Positions 36,253 to 46,414 of a stretch of 64,000 nt of DNA are shown in pieces (position 1 is the stretch's first letter; each line of letters starts with the position of its first letter). The stretch spans positions 72,168,001 to 72,232,000 of the forward strand of contig OZ024743.1 of assembly GCA_964016885.1 (NCBI GenBank), in the 5' to 3' direction. This stretch comes from Eledone cirrhosa. Taxonomy: Eukaryota. Under the pieces are notes generated by a model. That model saw only the letters and a program-made list of their open reading frames with translations. It was not told the origin of the DNA and did no database searches. The position numbers and the translations under genes are program-made.

Positions 36253-39200
36253 ATGGAGACTAGAACGTCATGTGACAGACTCTCACCCAACAGGTGCCCC
36301 CTGGCTCAGCAGCAGGAACCTGACTGTCAACCAAATACTGCTGATGTTGGAGGAAGGAGAAGTAGGAAAGGGACCAGAACCAACTGGACGAAAGAATTGA
36401 ATAGAACTGTTATGCAATGCTACCTGAAAAGTAACCCCAAGGAGAGGGGCTACAGGAGACGGATGCATAACATCTGGAACGAGATTGGTTTATTTAAATT
36501 AGATGAACAAAAATTGGCCGGGCAGGCTCGGGTAATAAGAACTAATGGGTGGATAAGCGAGCTGGAACTGGAGGAACTGAGCAGAGAGAATGGCTTGGAG
36601 ATGGCGGGTGTACTATGCCAGACAAGCGAGCCGGTGGGAAATGAAGGTGAGGAGGTCCTGAGAACGGAGGAACCACCCGAAGCAGACAATGATCTGAGTA
36701 CTGAGATAAATAATACCTGGAACAGAGATACGGCGACTGAGGAGATGAATGCTGACGGGCTAGGACAAGATTCGGTTGACATCCTAAATTTAGTGGTAGA
36801 TGAATTGAACAATGATAGTGGGAGACCTATGAACCTAAGATTTGTAGACAGGAAAAAGTTAAAAGAAACAACAGCTAAGGTAAACAAAGTCATCCCATAC
36901 CTTGAGGCGAGGAGCCTTCACCAGTGCAACAATATCCTCAGAGCAACAGCAAATACGGTGAGGAAACTACTTGGTATAAAAGCGAGAGGAAACAACAGAC
37001 AAGAAAGAGCAGAGCCGTGGTGGAAGAAGCGACTGAGTGGGCAAATCGGGGAAATGAGAAATGACATAGGAAAGCTTGAGTCACTACTGAATGGGACACT
37101 AAAAAACATAGGCACTAAAAATAGACTGGAAATAAAATACAAAACTAGGAGTAAAAAGCTAAATATTATCATAGAGGAATTGAAGCAACGCATTGTAGCA
37201 AAGAGTGCAAAAATCAGGCGATACGAGAACAGAGTCAGTCAGTATAAACAGAACCGCATGTTCGACAACAACCAGAAGATGCTGTTTGGACAGGTTGAGG
37301 GCAAAGAAAGAGGCAACGACTTGATCCCTGGGGCGGAGCAAACTAAAACATTCTGGAGAGGAATATGGGAGCAGGATGTTAGACACAATGCCCAGGCAGG
37401 GTGGATTGAGACAGTACAGAGGGAGATCGGTGAGCAGGCACAGCAACAGACTGATTTGAGTATCACAGTTGAAACTCTTAAGGGACAAGCCAAAAAACTA
37501 ACCAACTGGAAATCGCCAGGCCCAGATGGTGTGCAGGGGTATTGGATTAAACATCTAACATCCCTCCACCCGAAGCTGACGGCCATGTTCAATGACTGCT
37601 TGGTGTCGGGTGAGGTGCCAGAGTGGTTGACAAAAGGTACCACATTTCTGATAATGAAAGACCGAATCAAGGGTAATGATGCTACGAACTATAGACCTAT
37701 CACATGTATGCCCGTAATGTGGAAACTGTTGACGAGCATTGTGTCTGAGGAAATCTACCATCACCTCCACACAAACAACTTGTTACCGGACGAACAGAAA
37801 GGATGCCGAAAGAAGTCACGTGGTACAAAGGACCAGTTGCTTATTGATAAGATGGTAATGGGGAATTGCAGGAGGAGACACACTGATCTTGCCATGGGAT
37901 GGATAGACTACAGAAAGGCATTTGACATGGTGCCTCATTCCTGGATCACCAAAAGCCTGGAGATCTTCAGGGTGGCGGATAACATCAGACAGTTGCTAGG
38001 CAGGAGTATGGGGTCCTGGGAGACAGAGTTGACATCAACTGGAGTATCCTTGGGAAGCGTGAAGATCAAGAGAGGTATCTTCCAGGGAGATAGCCTGTCC
38101 CCTCTGTTGTTTGTCCTTGCCCTGATGCCCTTGACCATTATGCTGCGAAAAGTGAGAGCAGGATACAAGTTGGGAAGGGGAGAGCTTACCATCAATCACC
38201 TCCTCTTCATGGACGATCTTAAGCTCTTCGGGAAAAGTGAGAAGGAGTTGGATGTGCTTGTTGACACTGTCCGTATTTTCAGCAGTGATATATGTATGCA
38301 GTTTGGTATTGGTAAATGTGGAGTCATTGTGATGAAGAGGGGTAGGTTGAGCAGAAGTAACGGGATCCAGATACCAACAGGTGAGATGATAAAGGAAATT
38401 GACTCTGAGGAAGGATACAAGTATTTGGGCGTTCTGGAGGCTGATGGCATAAAGAACAAAAAAATGAAGGAATTGTTAAGAACTGAATACATTCGGAGAG
38501 TAAGGAGCGTATTGAAGTCTCATCTGAACAGCAGAAATGCCATAAGCGCAGTAAATTCCCGAGCTGTGTCTATTATTAGGTACAGTGCGGGAATTCTGAG
38601 ATGGAATGTTGCTGAACAGAAAGAAATGGATAGGAAGACTAGGAAGCTATTGACTATCTACAACATGTTCCACAAGAGGAGTGATGTCGATAGACTCTAC
38701 CTAAGGAGATCTGAGGGTGGAAGAGGTCTTATCAGCATAGAGGACTGTGTTCAGATGGAGAAAAACAACCTATACAAATACGTGACCTATAGTAAGGAGC
38801 CAATGCTCAAAGCTGTACTGAAGGAGGGGACAGTAGGCCAGGGGATGTCCAGGGAGGAAATAACATCAAGGAGGAAGAGCAGCCTTAAGGGAAAACCCCT
38901 TCATAGTACCTTCTTTGAGAAAACTGAATTTAGAGATCCACAGACATGGAACTGGTTGAGAAGAGGAGACCTCAAAAAGGCTACAGAAGGAATGCTAATG
39001 GCTGCGCAGGAGCAGGCCCTCAAAACGAAGTGGTTGAAGCACCATATCTACAAGGAGGAGGCCAGCCCACTGTGCAGGATCTGTGGAGAGAGAGAGGAGA
39101 CTGTGGCACACATTGTGTCCGAGTGTAAACACCTAGCCCAGACCCACTATAAGGGCTGGAGACACGATGTGATGGGCAGGGTGATCCACTGGCACCTGTG

Positions 39201-39645
39201 CAAAGTAAACAATCTACCACATTCTGAGAAATGGTATGAGCATAGGCCAGAGGCGGTGATGGAGAACAATCAGGTGAAGGTGCTGTGGGATTTTTGGATT
39301 CAGACGGACAAAAAACTGGAACACAATAGACCTGACCTGGTGGTTGTGGACAAAGAAAAAAGATCGTGCCTGATTGTGGATGTGGCCTGCCCGTTCGACA
39401 CGAGAGTGCAAGAGAAGGAGAGGGAGAAAATTAACCGATACCAGGACCTAAAGTGGGAGGTGAAAAGGATTTGGAACTGCCATGAAGTCAAAGTGATCCC
39501 GATTGTCATAGGCGCACTGGGGACTATCTCCAAAAGTTTCCAGGGATGGTTAAAGAAAATCGGCCCCTTCACGCTTTTTGGAACGCTTCAAAAGGCATGC
39601 TTGCTTGGAACAGCAAGAACCCTCCGATACGTCCTGAATATCTGA
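36253..39645 (+). CDS. Intact R4/Dong-clade non-LTR retrotransposon ORF (N-terminal domain, RT, CCHC zinc knuckle, restriction-like endonuclease), 1130 aa
   Basis: WKSPGPDGVQGYWIK, NYRPITC, WIDYRKAFDMVPHSW, QGDSLSPLLF, HLLFMDDLKL, CRICGEREETVAHIVSEC, RHD, NRPDLVVVD..IVDVACPFD..EKINRYQDL. The 75-nt 3' UTR ends in a (TAA)n tail at 39720. Confidence 0.95.
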   Translation: METRTSCDRLSPNRCPLAQQQEPDCQPNTADVGGRRSRKGTRTNWTKELNRTVMQCYLKSNPKERGYRRRMHNIWNEIGLFKLDEQKLAGQARVIRTNGWISELELEELSRENGLEMAGVLCQTSEPVGNEGEEVLRTEEPPEADNDLSTEINNTWNRDTATEEMNADGLGQDSVDILNLVVDELNNDSGRPMNLRFVDRKKLKETTAKVNKVIPYLEARSLHQCNNILRATANTVRKLLGIKARGNNRQERAEPWWKKRLSGQIGEMRNDIGKLESLLNGTLKNIGTKNRLEIKYKTRSKKLNIIIEELKQRIVAKSAKIRRYENRVSQYKQNRMFDNNQKMLFGQVEGKERGNDLIPGAEQTKTFWRGIWEQDVRHNAQAGWIETVQREIGEQAQQQTDLSITVETLKGQAKKLTNWKSPGPDGVQGYWIKHLTSLHPKLTAMFNDCLVSGEVPEWLTKGTTFLIMKDRIKGNDATNYRPITCMPVMWKLLTSIVSEEIYHHLHTNNLLPDEQKGCRKKSRGTKDQLLIDKMVMGNCRRRHTDLAMGWIDYRKAFDMVPHSWITKSLEIFRVADNIRQLLGRSMGSWETELTSTGVSLGSVKIKRGIFQGDSLSPLLFVLALMPLTIMLRKVRAGYKLGRGELTINHLLFMDDLKLFGKSEKELDVLVDTVRIFSSDICMQFGIGKCGVIVMKRGRLSRSNGIQIPTGEMIKEIDSEEGYKYLGVLEADGIKNKKMKELLRTEYIRRVRSVLKSHLNSRNAISAVNSRAVSIIRYSAGILRWNVAEQKEMDRKTRKLLTIYNMFHKRSDVDRLYLRRSEGGRGLISIEDCVQMEKNNLYKYVTYSKEPMLKAVLKEGTVGQGMSREEITSRRKSSLKGKPLHSTFFEKTEFRDPQTWNWLRRGDLKKATEGMLMAAQEQALKTKWLKHHIYKEEASPLCRICGEREETVAHIVSECKHLAQTHYKGWRHDVMGRVIHWHLCKVNNLPHSEKWYEHRPEAVMENNQVKVLWDFWIQTDKKLEHNRPDLVVVDKEKRSCLIVDVACPFDTRVQEKEREKINRYQDLKWEVKRIWNCHEVKVIPIVIGALGTISKSFQGWLKKIGPFTLFGTLQKACLLGTARTLRYVLNI

Positions 39646-39759
39646 GGCTGCAGGTAGTGGCTTGATATTCAATCCAACGGACTTTCCAGTTAACCAACAT
39701 CAATGACTGAGATTCAAGGAATAACAATAACAATAATAATAATAATAATAATAATATAT

Positions 39760-40250
39760 CAATTAATAGTAATAACTATACTAATAGTCTAAACAGGAAT
39801 AATAGTATAACACCTTCAAAGAGCAATGCGAATAAATGTAATTGTAGAATTAGGGCCGCATGCCCACTACAAAATAATTGCCTTGATAAGAATCTTGTAT
39901 ATAAATGTAGCATTGGTACATGGGCAAATGGTAACGTCCATAATTACATACGTGCCACTTCATTTAAATTTAAGCACCGTTAGTATAATCATAAACATAC
40001 TTTTAATAGACCGGATAAAAAATTCTCAACTTCACTTTCACAATTAGTATGGTCACTAAAAGTTAATAACATTAAATACTCCATCTCTTGGAGAAAATTA
40101 AGATGCAATGGCTTACGAGAATTCTACAATCTCCGGCTTTTGCCATCTCTGCAACGAAGAAATCTTTCTCATAATCAACAACCGTGACAAAATAATTTAC
40201 AAAATAATGAAATATTTAGTTCTTGTATTCATAAAATCCAATTCTAAAAG
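39760..40250 (+). pseudogene. PLE Asn-rich linker plus GIY-YIG endonuclease remnant; AT-rich 3' region continues to ~41180
   Basis: Manual translation: NKCNCRIRAACPLQNNCLDKNLVYKC...YNHKHTF...STSLSQLVWSLK.NNIKYSISW...CHLCNEEIFLII, with stops and frameshifts. Confidence 0.8.
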
Positions 40251-41182
40251 AATACGGACAAATGACACCTTGAATATATACACATTTGCTTAATTGTAGT
40301 ACAAATTATAGATATCTATATGTAAGTGCATAACCTCATTGAGAGTATTTTATCCTATCAAATGATCTGGATAGTTCACTATTTAATTAGACTTTAATTA
40401 AGATATAAAGATATGTTGAAGAATTTAAAAAAAATCGTTTGATGTGAGAGAAGATTTTCCCTGTGGGAATTGTCTGTAAACCTTCTCATATCAGCTTACA
40501 AAAAATATACATATAAAATATAGATTAATAAAAGTAATTATTTATAATTACATAGACTATCATTAAATTTAAATTCTATATATTAGAATAACTAAATATA
40601 GAGGTAATTATAAATATAACCCTTCATTAATGAAATAATGTTTATGGAGAGTAAGCATAACGACATGAAGATTATAAAAATGAATGAATATATAAAAACT
40701 CACGAAGTTTAATCTAAAGTGGAATTTTGAATTAATAGATGATAAATGAATAAAATATATTATATAGTGATGTGGATATATGCATATTTAATACATATCT
40801 AATAGATATTTAACAAACATTAAAGATAAAGTGTTTAAATGTACTTTATAATGCTACATAGAATATAACAATAATAAAACATTGCCATAACCTCGAAGGA
40901 ATTACATTAATTTAAGCATATACATTTATAAGAACTTAAATATTCGACTGTCGTAGAAATTAATCTATGCCCAATAATCTAGATATATCATAAACCTTTA
41001 AATTAATTAAAGCGTAATCCAATGCAAGCGGCATTCATTGATAACTAATAAGAATAACTTTTGAATTTCTGTCTAGGGTCTGAATAAAATGGTTATTGTT
41101 TATCCTCTTCTTTCTTTTTCTTTCTCTTCTTTTTTCTCTTCACATCTTTATTTTCAACTTCCCTTCTATATTTCTTTGTTGC

Positions 41183-41216
<34 letters not shown>

Positions 41217-41270
41217 GAAGGAGAAGAAGATCAGACGCCATAATCAGTTGATTCAGGTTTATTTAAATCT

Positions 41271-41328
41271 CCGTTATACATATTTCACTTAAGACTATCA
41301 GTTGTGATAGCCTGAACTCTTCAGATGG
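41271..41328 (-). ncRNA. Type I hammerhead ribozyme
   Basis: Minus: CCAT-CTGAAGA-GTTcAGGCTATCA-caac-TGATAGTCTtAAgT-GAAA-TATGTA-TA-ACGG. Confidence 0.6.
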
Positions 41329-41380
41329 CAAAACCTACAAACACATTGAAATATATCGTGTGTGTAATAAGGGAAAGTTA

Positions 41381-41665
41381 AGGCGTGTGGTTTAGCGGTT
41401 AGAGTTGTGTCCTTGAGCAAGAAACTTTATTTTATGTTGTTCCAGTTCAATCAGCTATAGAAATGAGTTGTGACGTCACTGGTGCCAAGCAATATCGGCC
41501 ATTTCCTTTCCCTTGGGCAACATTGGTGACGTGGCGAGGGGAGACTGGTATGCATGGCCGAATGCTGGCCTTCCATAAACAAACTTGAACGGAGTTGAGC
41601 GCCTCGGAGGGGACCATTTTAGCTACATATCCCATGGTCATTCGTGAACAAAGGGCGTCTTTTAA
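41381..41665 (+). mobile_element. tRNA-derived SINE (third family, head partly deleted)
   Basis: A-box TGGTTTAGCGG fused to CORE-like GTGTCCTTGAGCAAGAAACTT, followed by a distinct 3' body. Confidence 0.6.
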
Positions 41666-42314
41666 GGAGTATATATGTCTGTAAAGAAGGTCAAGATGTT
41701 CAATAGCCCAGACCAAAACATTATGTAAATTATATTATATTGTGCTTAGAAGTAAATGACCAGTGAATCCAGAGTAGAAATGTTTAATTATAATTTCATA
41801 TCAGTATCTAAAGTTATAATGTAGCAAATCTATAGCAGATACTTAACATGATCAATTTCGGGTTTCATACCACATTTCAAAGTTATTATTCTATTATTTG
41901 AAAGAATATTTATAGAAAGATGTATATACTGTTTTTTCCAAATCTAAATTTAAATGTGTATTCAAATGTTCCACAGATTTCACTTAGAAATCAATAACCT
42001 AATGTTAGATTGCGAGATTAGTGGATAACATATTCTAAGGTCAAATTTTCTTCAAGCAAGTCCATTGTTTTCGACAGCTAACTTGTGATATTAAAACTTT
42101 AAAGAAATAGTTTCATATTTTCAGCCATCATGAAAAATATTTTTTCTAACCTCAGGCCAGACTCAGTTGCTGGTGTGTACGAAAATCCAGTGTTAACGTT
42201 CGTATATATTTGCGCCTTTGTGGTAACACTATATATATATATTATATAATTATTTAAAAAATTATCTCTCTACATAACTCAATAAAATAAATGTAATATG
42301 AGTTTTTCAAATAT

Positions 42315-42445
42315 TGGCACGAGGCCAGCAATTACCCAGTACATTACTGCTACTTTTTTTTACCGACCCGGAAAGGATGAAAGGCAAAGTTAACCTAGGA
42401 GGGATTATAACTCAGACCATAAAGAGCCGCAACTCTTTGCTGCAA
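42315..42445 (-). mobile_element. SINE-A fragment
   Basis: ggccagcaattacccagtacattact...aaggatgaaaggcaaagttaacct. Confidence 0.75.
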
Positions 42446-42508
42446 TATATATATATATATATATATATAAAGAATGAATAATAGGTAGACATCATGAAAA
42501 GGTAATTT

Positions 42509-42634
42509 ATTCTGTGTGTTTACAAATGTTTCCCCGGTGGTTATACAGCCTAGTTATGCTATGTGCAAATAAAAATAACTATTTGCAAAACTCAATTATC
42601 AAATGCTGTGACCACTGTATCATCAGAGCAGAAT
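42509..42634 (-). ncRNA. Type I hammerhead with long stem II (left arm)
   Basis: Minus: ATTCTGCT-CTGATGA-tacaGTGGT...ACCACcggg-GAAA-CATTTG-TA-aacaCACAGAAT. Confidence 0.6.
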
Positions 42635-42664
42635 GGTTAAAATGTAAAATGTAAATACCCTTAA

Positions 42665-43072
42665 GTGAGGTTATTGGGGAAGAATAAATGCCTACCGTCC
42701 AACATTGTTTACCAATGCACTGTTGAATCGAACGACCAGAAATGGTATTACATTGGGTCTACCACTACCTCCTTTAAATCCCGCTGGTATCGTCATAGAT
42801 TCTCAATTGAACATCCTAATCACCGTTTTGTGACAACGCTCACCAACAAGACCTGGCAACTCCGTGAACGCAACCAACAGTTCACCTTGAAATGGGATAT
42901 ACTTTCCAGCGCTAGTGCATATCGGAGTGGATTGAAGTACGGTAGGTTATGTAACCTTGAACTCTTTTACATCTTAAAATCCAAAAATAAATTACTAAAT
43001 GATAGAATCGAACGATCATTATACTGCAACCACAAACTGAAGGCTAAATTATCTCACTATAAAATAACTTAA
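42665..43072 (+). pseudogene. PLE GIY-YIG endonuclease domain (5'-truncated)
   Basis: CLPSNIVYQCTV....YYIGSTTTSFKSRWYRH..S......TTL...W.L.......KWDIL.....RLCNLELFYIL....LLN. Confidence 0.88.
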
Positions 43073-43573
43073 CATTCGAGCCCGTAACTATAACATTGCT
43101 TTCTAGCTAACCACTTTCTCTTCCCCGACACTACAAGACAATACCCTGCTTATCACTATAAATTTAAACTTAGTGCAATTTTTAGCCTACAACTATGAAC
43201 TCAATGAACACCCATCCCAGAGCTTTCGTCTGTCCCCTCTCTATCTCTTCCTCTCTCTCCACCCACCCTCTCTCGCCCTCGGTCCACCTCCATCCTTCTC
43301 CACGTCTATAAACCTGCCCTCTGTGGCAATAAATAATTCCAACCTTAACTATCAACGCATCGCTTAAGGTTGTCGCTTTAAGAGTAACCAGTATAATAAA
43401 GCCCCTACCACAACATTTTGATTAAGTTATCTGTATTCTATAAACAACTCTCTCCCATTTCTCCAACCCCTGCATATCTCTCTCTCTCCCTCTCCCCTTC
43501 TTTTCTCTCTTCCTTCTTACTCTAACTTCCCCAATAACCTCACTTAAGGTTATTTACATTTTACATTTTAACC

Positions 43574-43697
43574 ATTCTGCTCTGATGATACAGTGGTCAC
43601 AGCATTTGATAATTGAGTTTTGCAAATAGTTATTAATTTTCACATAGCATAACTAGACTGTATAACCACCGTGGAAACATTTATAAGCACACAGAAT
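43574..43697 (+). ncRNA. Type I hammerhead with long stem II (right arm)
   Basis: ATTCTGCT-CTGATGA-TACaGTGGT..(~65 nt)..ACCACcGTG-GAAA-cattta-TA-AGCacaCAGAAT. Confidence 0.68.
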
Positions 43698-43891
43698 ACA
43701 TTTCCTTTTTATGATGTCTACCTGTTATTATTCATTCTTTATTCATTCTGTATTCTCCGGAATACAGAAGGATCAGGAACTGAGTTTCTTCAACTATTCT
43801 TCCATAACTCGTTGAGTAACGCCTCCCCGTGCGTCAACTCTATCCAGTGTAGTAATTAACAATTACTGCATCCAGGATAATCCTATACCTA

Positions 43892-43922
<31 letters not shown>

Positions 43923-44063
43923 AATATACACACATATACACATACATACGCACGCACACACACAGATATATATATATACACAAATATCTACATACATACA
44001 AATAGAGATATACACACCCTCACACACATATACAAGCATACACACATACATATATACCTACAA

Positions 44064-44154
<91 letters not shown>

Positions 44155-45177
44155 TTTAGTGAATTTGTTTATTGGTTTAATCTTCTCCAGAAGATACCTC
44201 TGGTAACCAACCACTTGAGAAATAAAGATAAAGTAATCCGGGCATGCAAGATAGAGGTGATATGCTCTGTACATATAGTGTTCAGTTCCGAAGTAGTCGC
44301 AGAAACACAAGTCTCGTTTATTTATAACGCCTACGGGAAGTAACTCTAATTAATTCTCTTTTTTTTTACCCTAGGGTTCGCTAAAATACTCTCCTTCAGA
44401 CGAGAGGCGAATAACCCCAAGGTAATTGTAGTGACCCCGCAAGAAATTGGGATCAAGGCAAAGGTATGAAAAAGGTACATGAAAAAACAATACAGAAAAA
44501 AAAGAAACTCTATAGTTAAAGAAAACTTTCAACTGTTAAGAAACAAGATAAAGAAAAGCATGTAATACACAATAGGAAAATGTGTGCGTACAGTCATATA
44601 TACAATGATAGAAAGAAAAAAAAAGAATTTTCATATTATACAGTTTAAAAGAAATAAATGTCCAAACATTGCCTGTAAAAAAAGAAAGAAATAATTGTTT
44701 TTTAACAAAAAGTTCTATTTTTCTTTTCCTTGAAATTTCTTTCGGATACGAATGTTATCGCTCTTACTAGTAAGCTAGTAGAATTGTTGTTGTCGTTGTT
44801 GCTATCGAGGCGAAGACACAGTAAATCTTCAGTAGAATCGAAGTCGAGCGTTGAAGAGCTTAGAGTCACCAATATGCAATTCACGTCTGACACCAGTTTA
44901 GTGAATTTGTTTATTGGTTTAATCTTTTCCGGAAGATACCACTGGTAACCAACCACTTGAGAAATAAAGATAAAGTGTTTCGGGCATGCAATACAGAGGT
45001 GATATGCTCTGTACATATAGTGTTCAGTTCCGAAGTAGTCGCAAGAGTATAGAGAGCTGCTCGTCAGAAGAAGGCCGGTAGCAAATAAGAGAGTGAGAAA
45101 CACAAGTCTCGTCTATTTATAATGCCTACGGGAAGTAACTCTAATTACTTCTCTTTCTTTACCCTAGGGTCACTACA
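44155..45177 (-). mobile_element. TRIM-like miniature non-autonomous LTR retroelement
   Basis: LTRs at 44897-45177 (starts TGTAGTG on minus) and 44155-44385 (with a ~50-bp deletion). PBS TGGTGTCAGACGTG directly follows the 5' LTR (44895-44882) and PPT GAAGGAGAGTA directly precedes the 3' LTR. The ~510-bp interior is non-coding. Confidence 0.78.
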
Positions 45178-45216
45178 AATATATTCATACGCACACACAT
45201 ATATACATACATATAG

Positions 45217-46400
45217 ACAGAGCTAACTCTTACGCGGGAGGACGCTGTCCGTGTAACTTATGCCCGGAGGAAACATTACAAATGCTGTTTACGAAGGATC
45301 AACTCCTATACAAAAAAGACGAAGTGGTAACTGCATGCAAACACAGATTGCGGAAGACTTACCTTGCCCTCAAACAACCCTAACGATCCGGGTGGGTAGA
45401 CAAGGGCTGAAACACCCCACTTGCCGAATAAGATAGGGAAAACCCCAACTTATAGAGGTAGATGTACCTCTTTTCTTTTCCACTATGTTTTCTTCTTCCC
45501 TTTGTCTTCTCCTATCACTTCTTTCCACCACCGAACTTCTTCTTCGTTCGTTTCTTTGTTTTTTTCCCCTTTAGCCTACCCCGAGGCAGCCCATCGGGCC
45601 TCTTTAGCCTCAGTACCCCCACCCTAGTAACTTACATATAGCATTCGCCGATTACGCTATATTCATAGCAGCTGTGTTAGACCCCAGAGAGGTGGTATTC
45701 ATTTTTAATACCCAATTCTAAATGTTCAATAATTATCATCTTAGCAACCCATTCTATAGCATTGGCCGAAAAAGCATCACCAACTAAATATACCAGCTGT
45801 GTTAGACTCCTTAGTTTTTGTTTTATTATCACTTCTCTCTTTCGAATCTTACATTCTGATATATCTTTCTCTCATTTTTTATTATATTCTTTTTTATTAT
45901 ATTTTTTCAATGTCACCTAATCTCATTTGATTTGCTAATTCTATAACGTCCCTCCACCACTTTCTAAAGAAACCTTTTTTCGCCAACCTCCTCTGGCCTA
46001 CTTTCATACACATTTCTTGGAATTTGCCGTGTAGATTTCACCTTCAACGCTTGACCGGATCTACCCACTCCCCTATCGTTCTACAGGCAAGTTCAGCCAG
46101 GCAAGTTCAGCCACACCCAGCTCACACCCACTGCCATGATAGAGTTTTCTGTGTCTGCTACAAATGTTGACCAATCCTCTTGACAACTACAATCTTCCCA
46201 TATAAGAAGTACCCTTTGAAAAGTTCGGCTACTTTTTACCAGACTAAAAACACTCTTACTATAGTCCAGAAATAGCCGTCGAAACGGCTTGAGCTCTGCT
46301 GTCGTGGTGATACTTTCTCCTATTACCCACTCTACTACACTAAGTATTGAGTACTCTGGTGCGTCATGGTCCATCTGGTTCCTTACCACAACTCCTTCGT
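45217..46400 (+). mobile_element. PLE 3' remnant: EN tail, 3' region and terminal hammerhead
   Basis: Manual translation RANSYAGGRCPCNLCPEETLQMLFTKDQLLYKKDEVVTACKHR at ~45218-45350; hammerhead at 46209-46308. Confidence 0.75.
46209..46308 (+). ncRNA. Type I hammerhead with U3-A8 core
   Basis: GTACCCT-TTGAAAA-GttCGGCTA...TAGCCGtC-GAAA-CGGC-ttgagctct-GCTG-TC-GTGGT; stem I reads GGGGT in sister copies. Confidence 0.62.
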
Positions 46401-46414
46401 ATATAAATATACAT

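Larger units (their letters stand above)
42469..43748 (+). mobile_element. 5'-truncated Penelope-like element with ~215-bp inverted pLTRs
   Basis: 42469-42680 is the reverse complement of ~43528-43748. Hammerheads in both arms with a GIY-YIG ORF between them. Confidence 0.88.

Noticed and set aside
36283-39572. Minus-strand ORFs inside the Dong element (also 60955..61563)
   Set aside because: They are antisense shadows of the RT ORF with no independent motifs.
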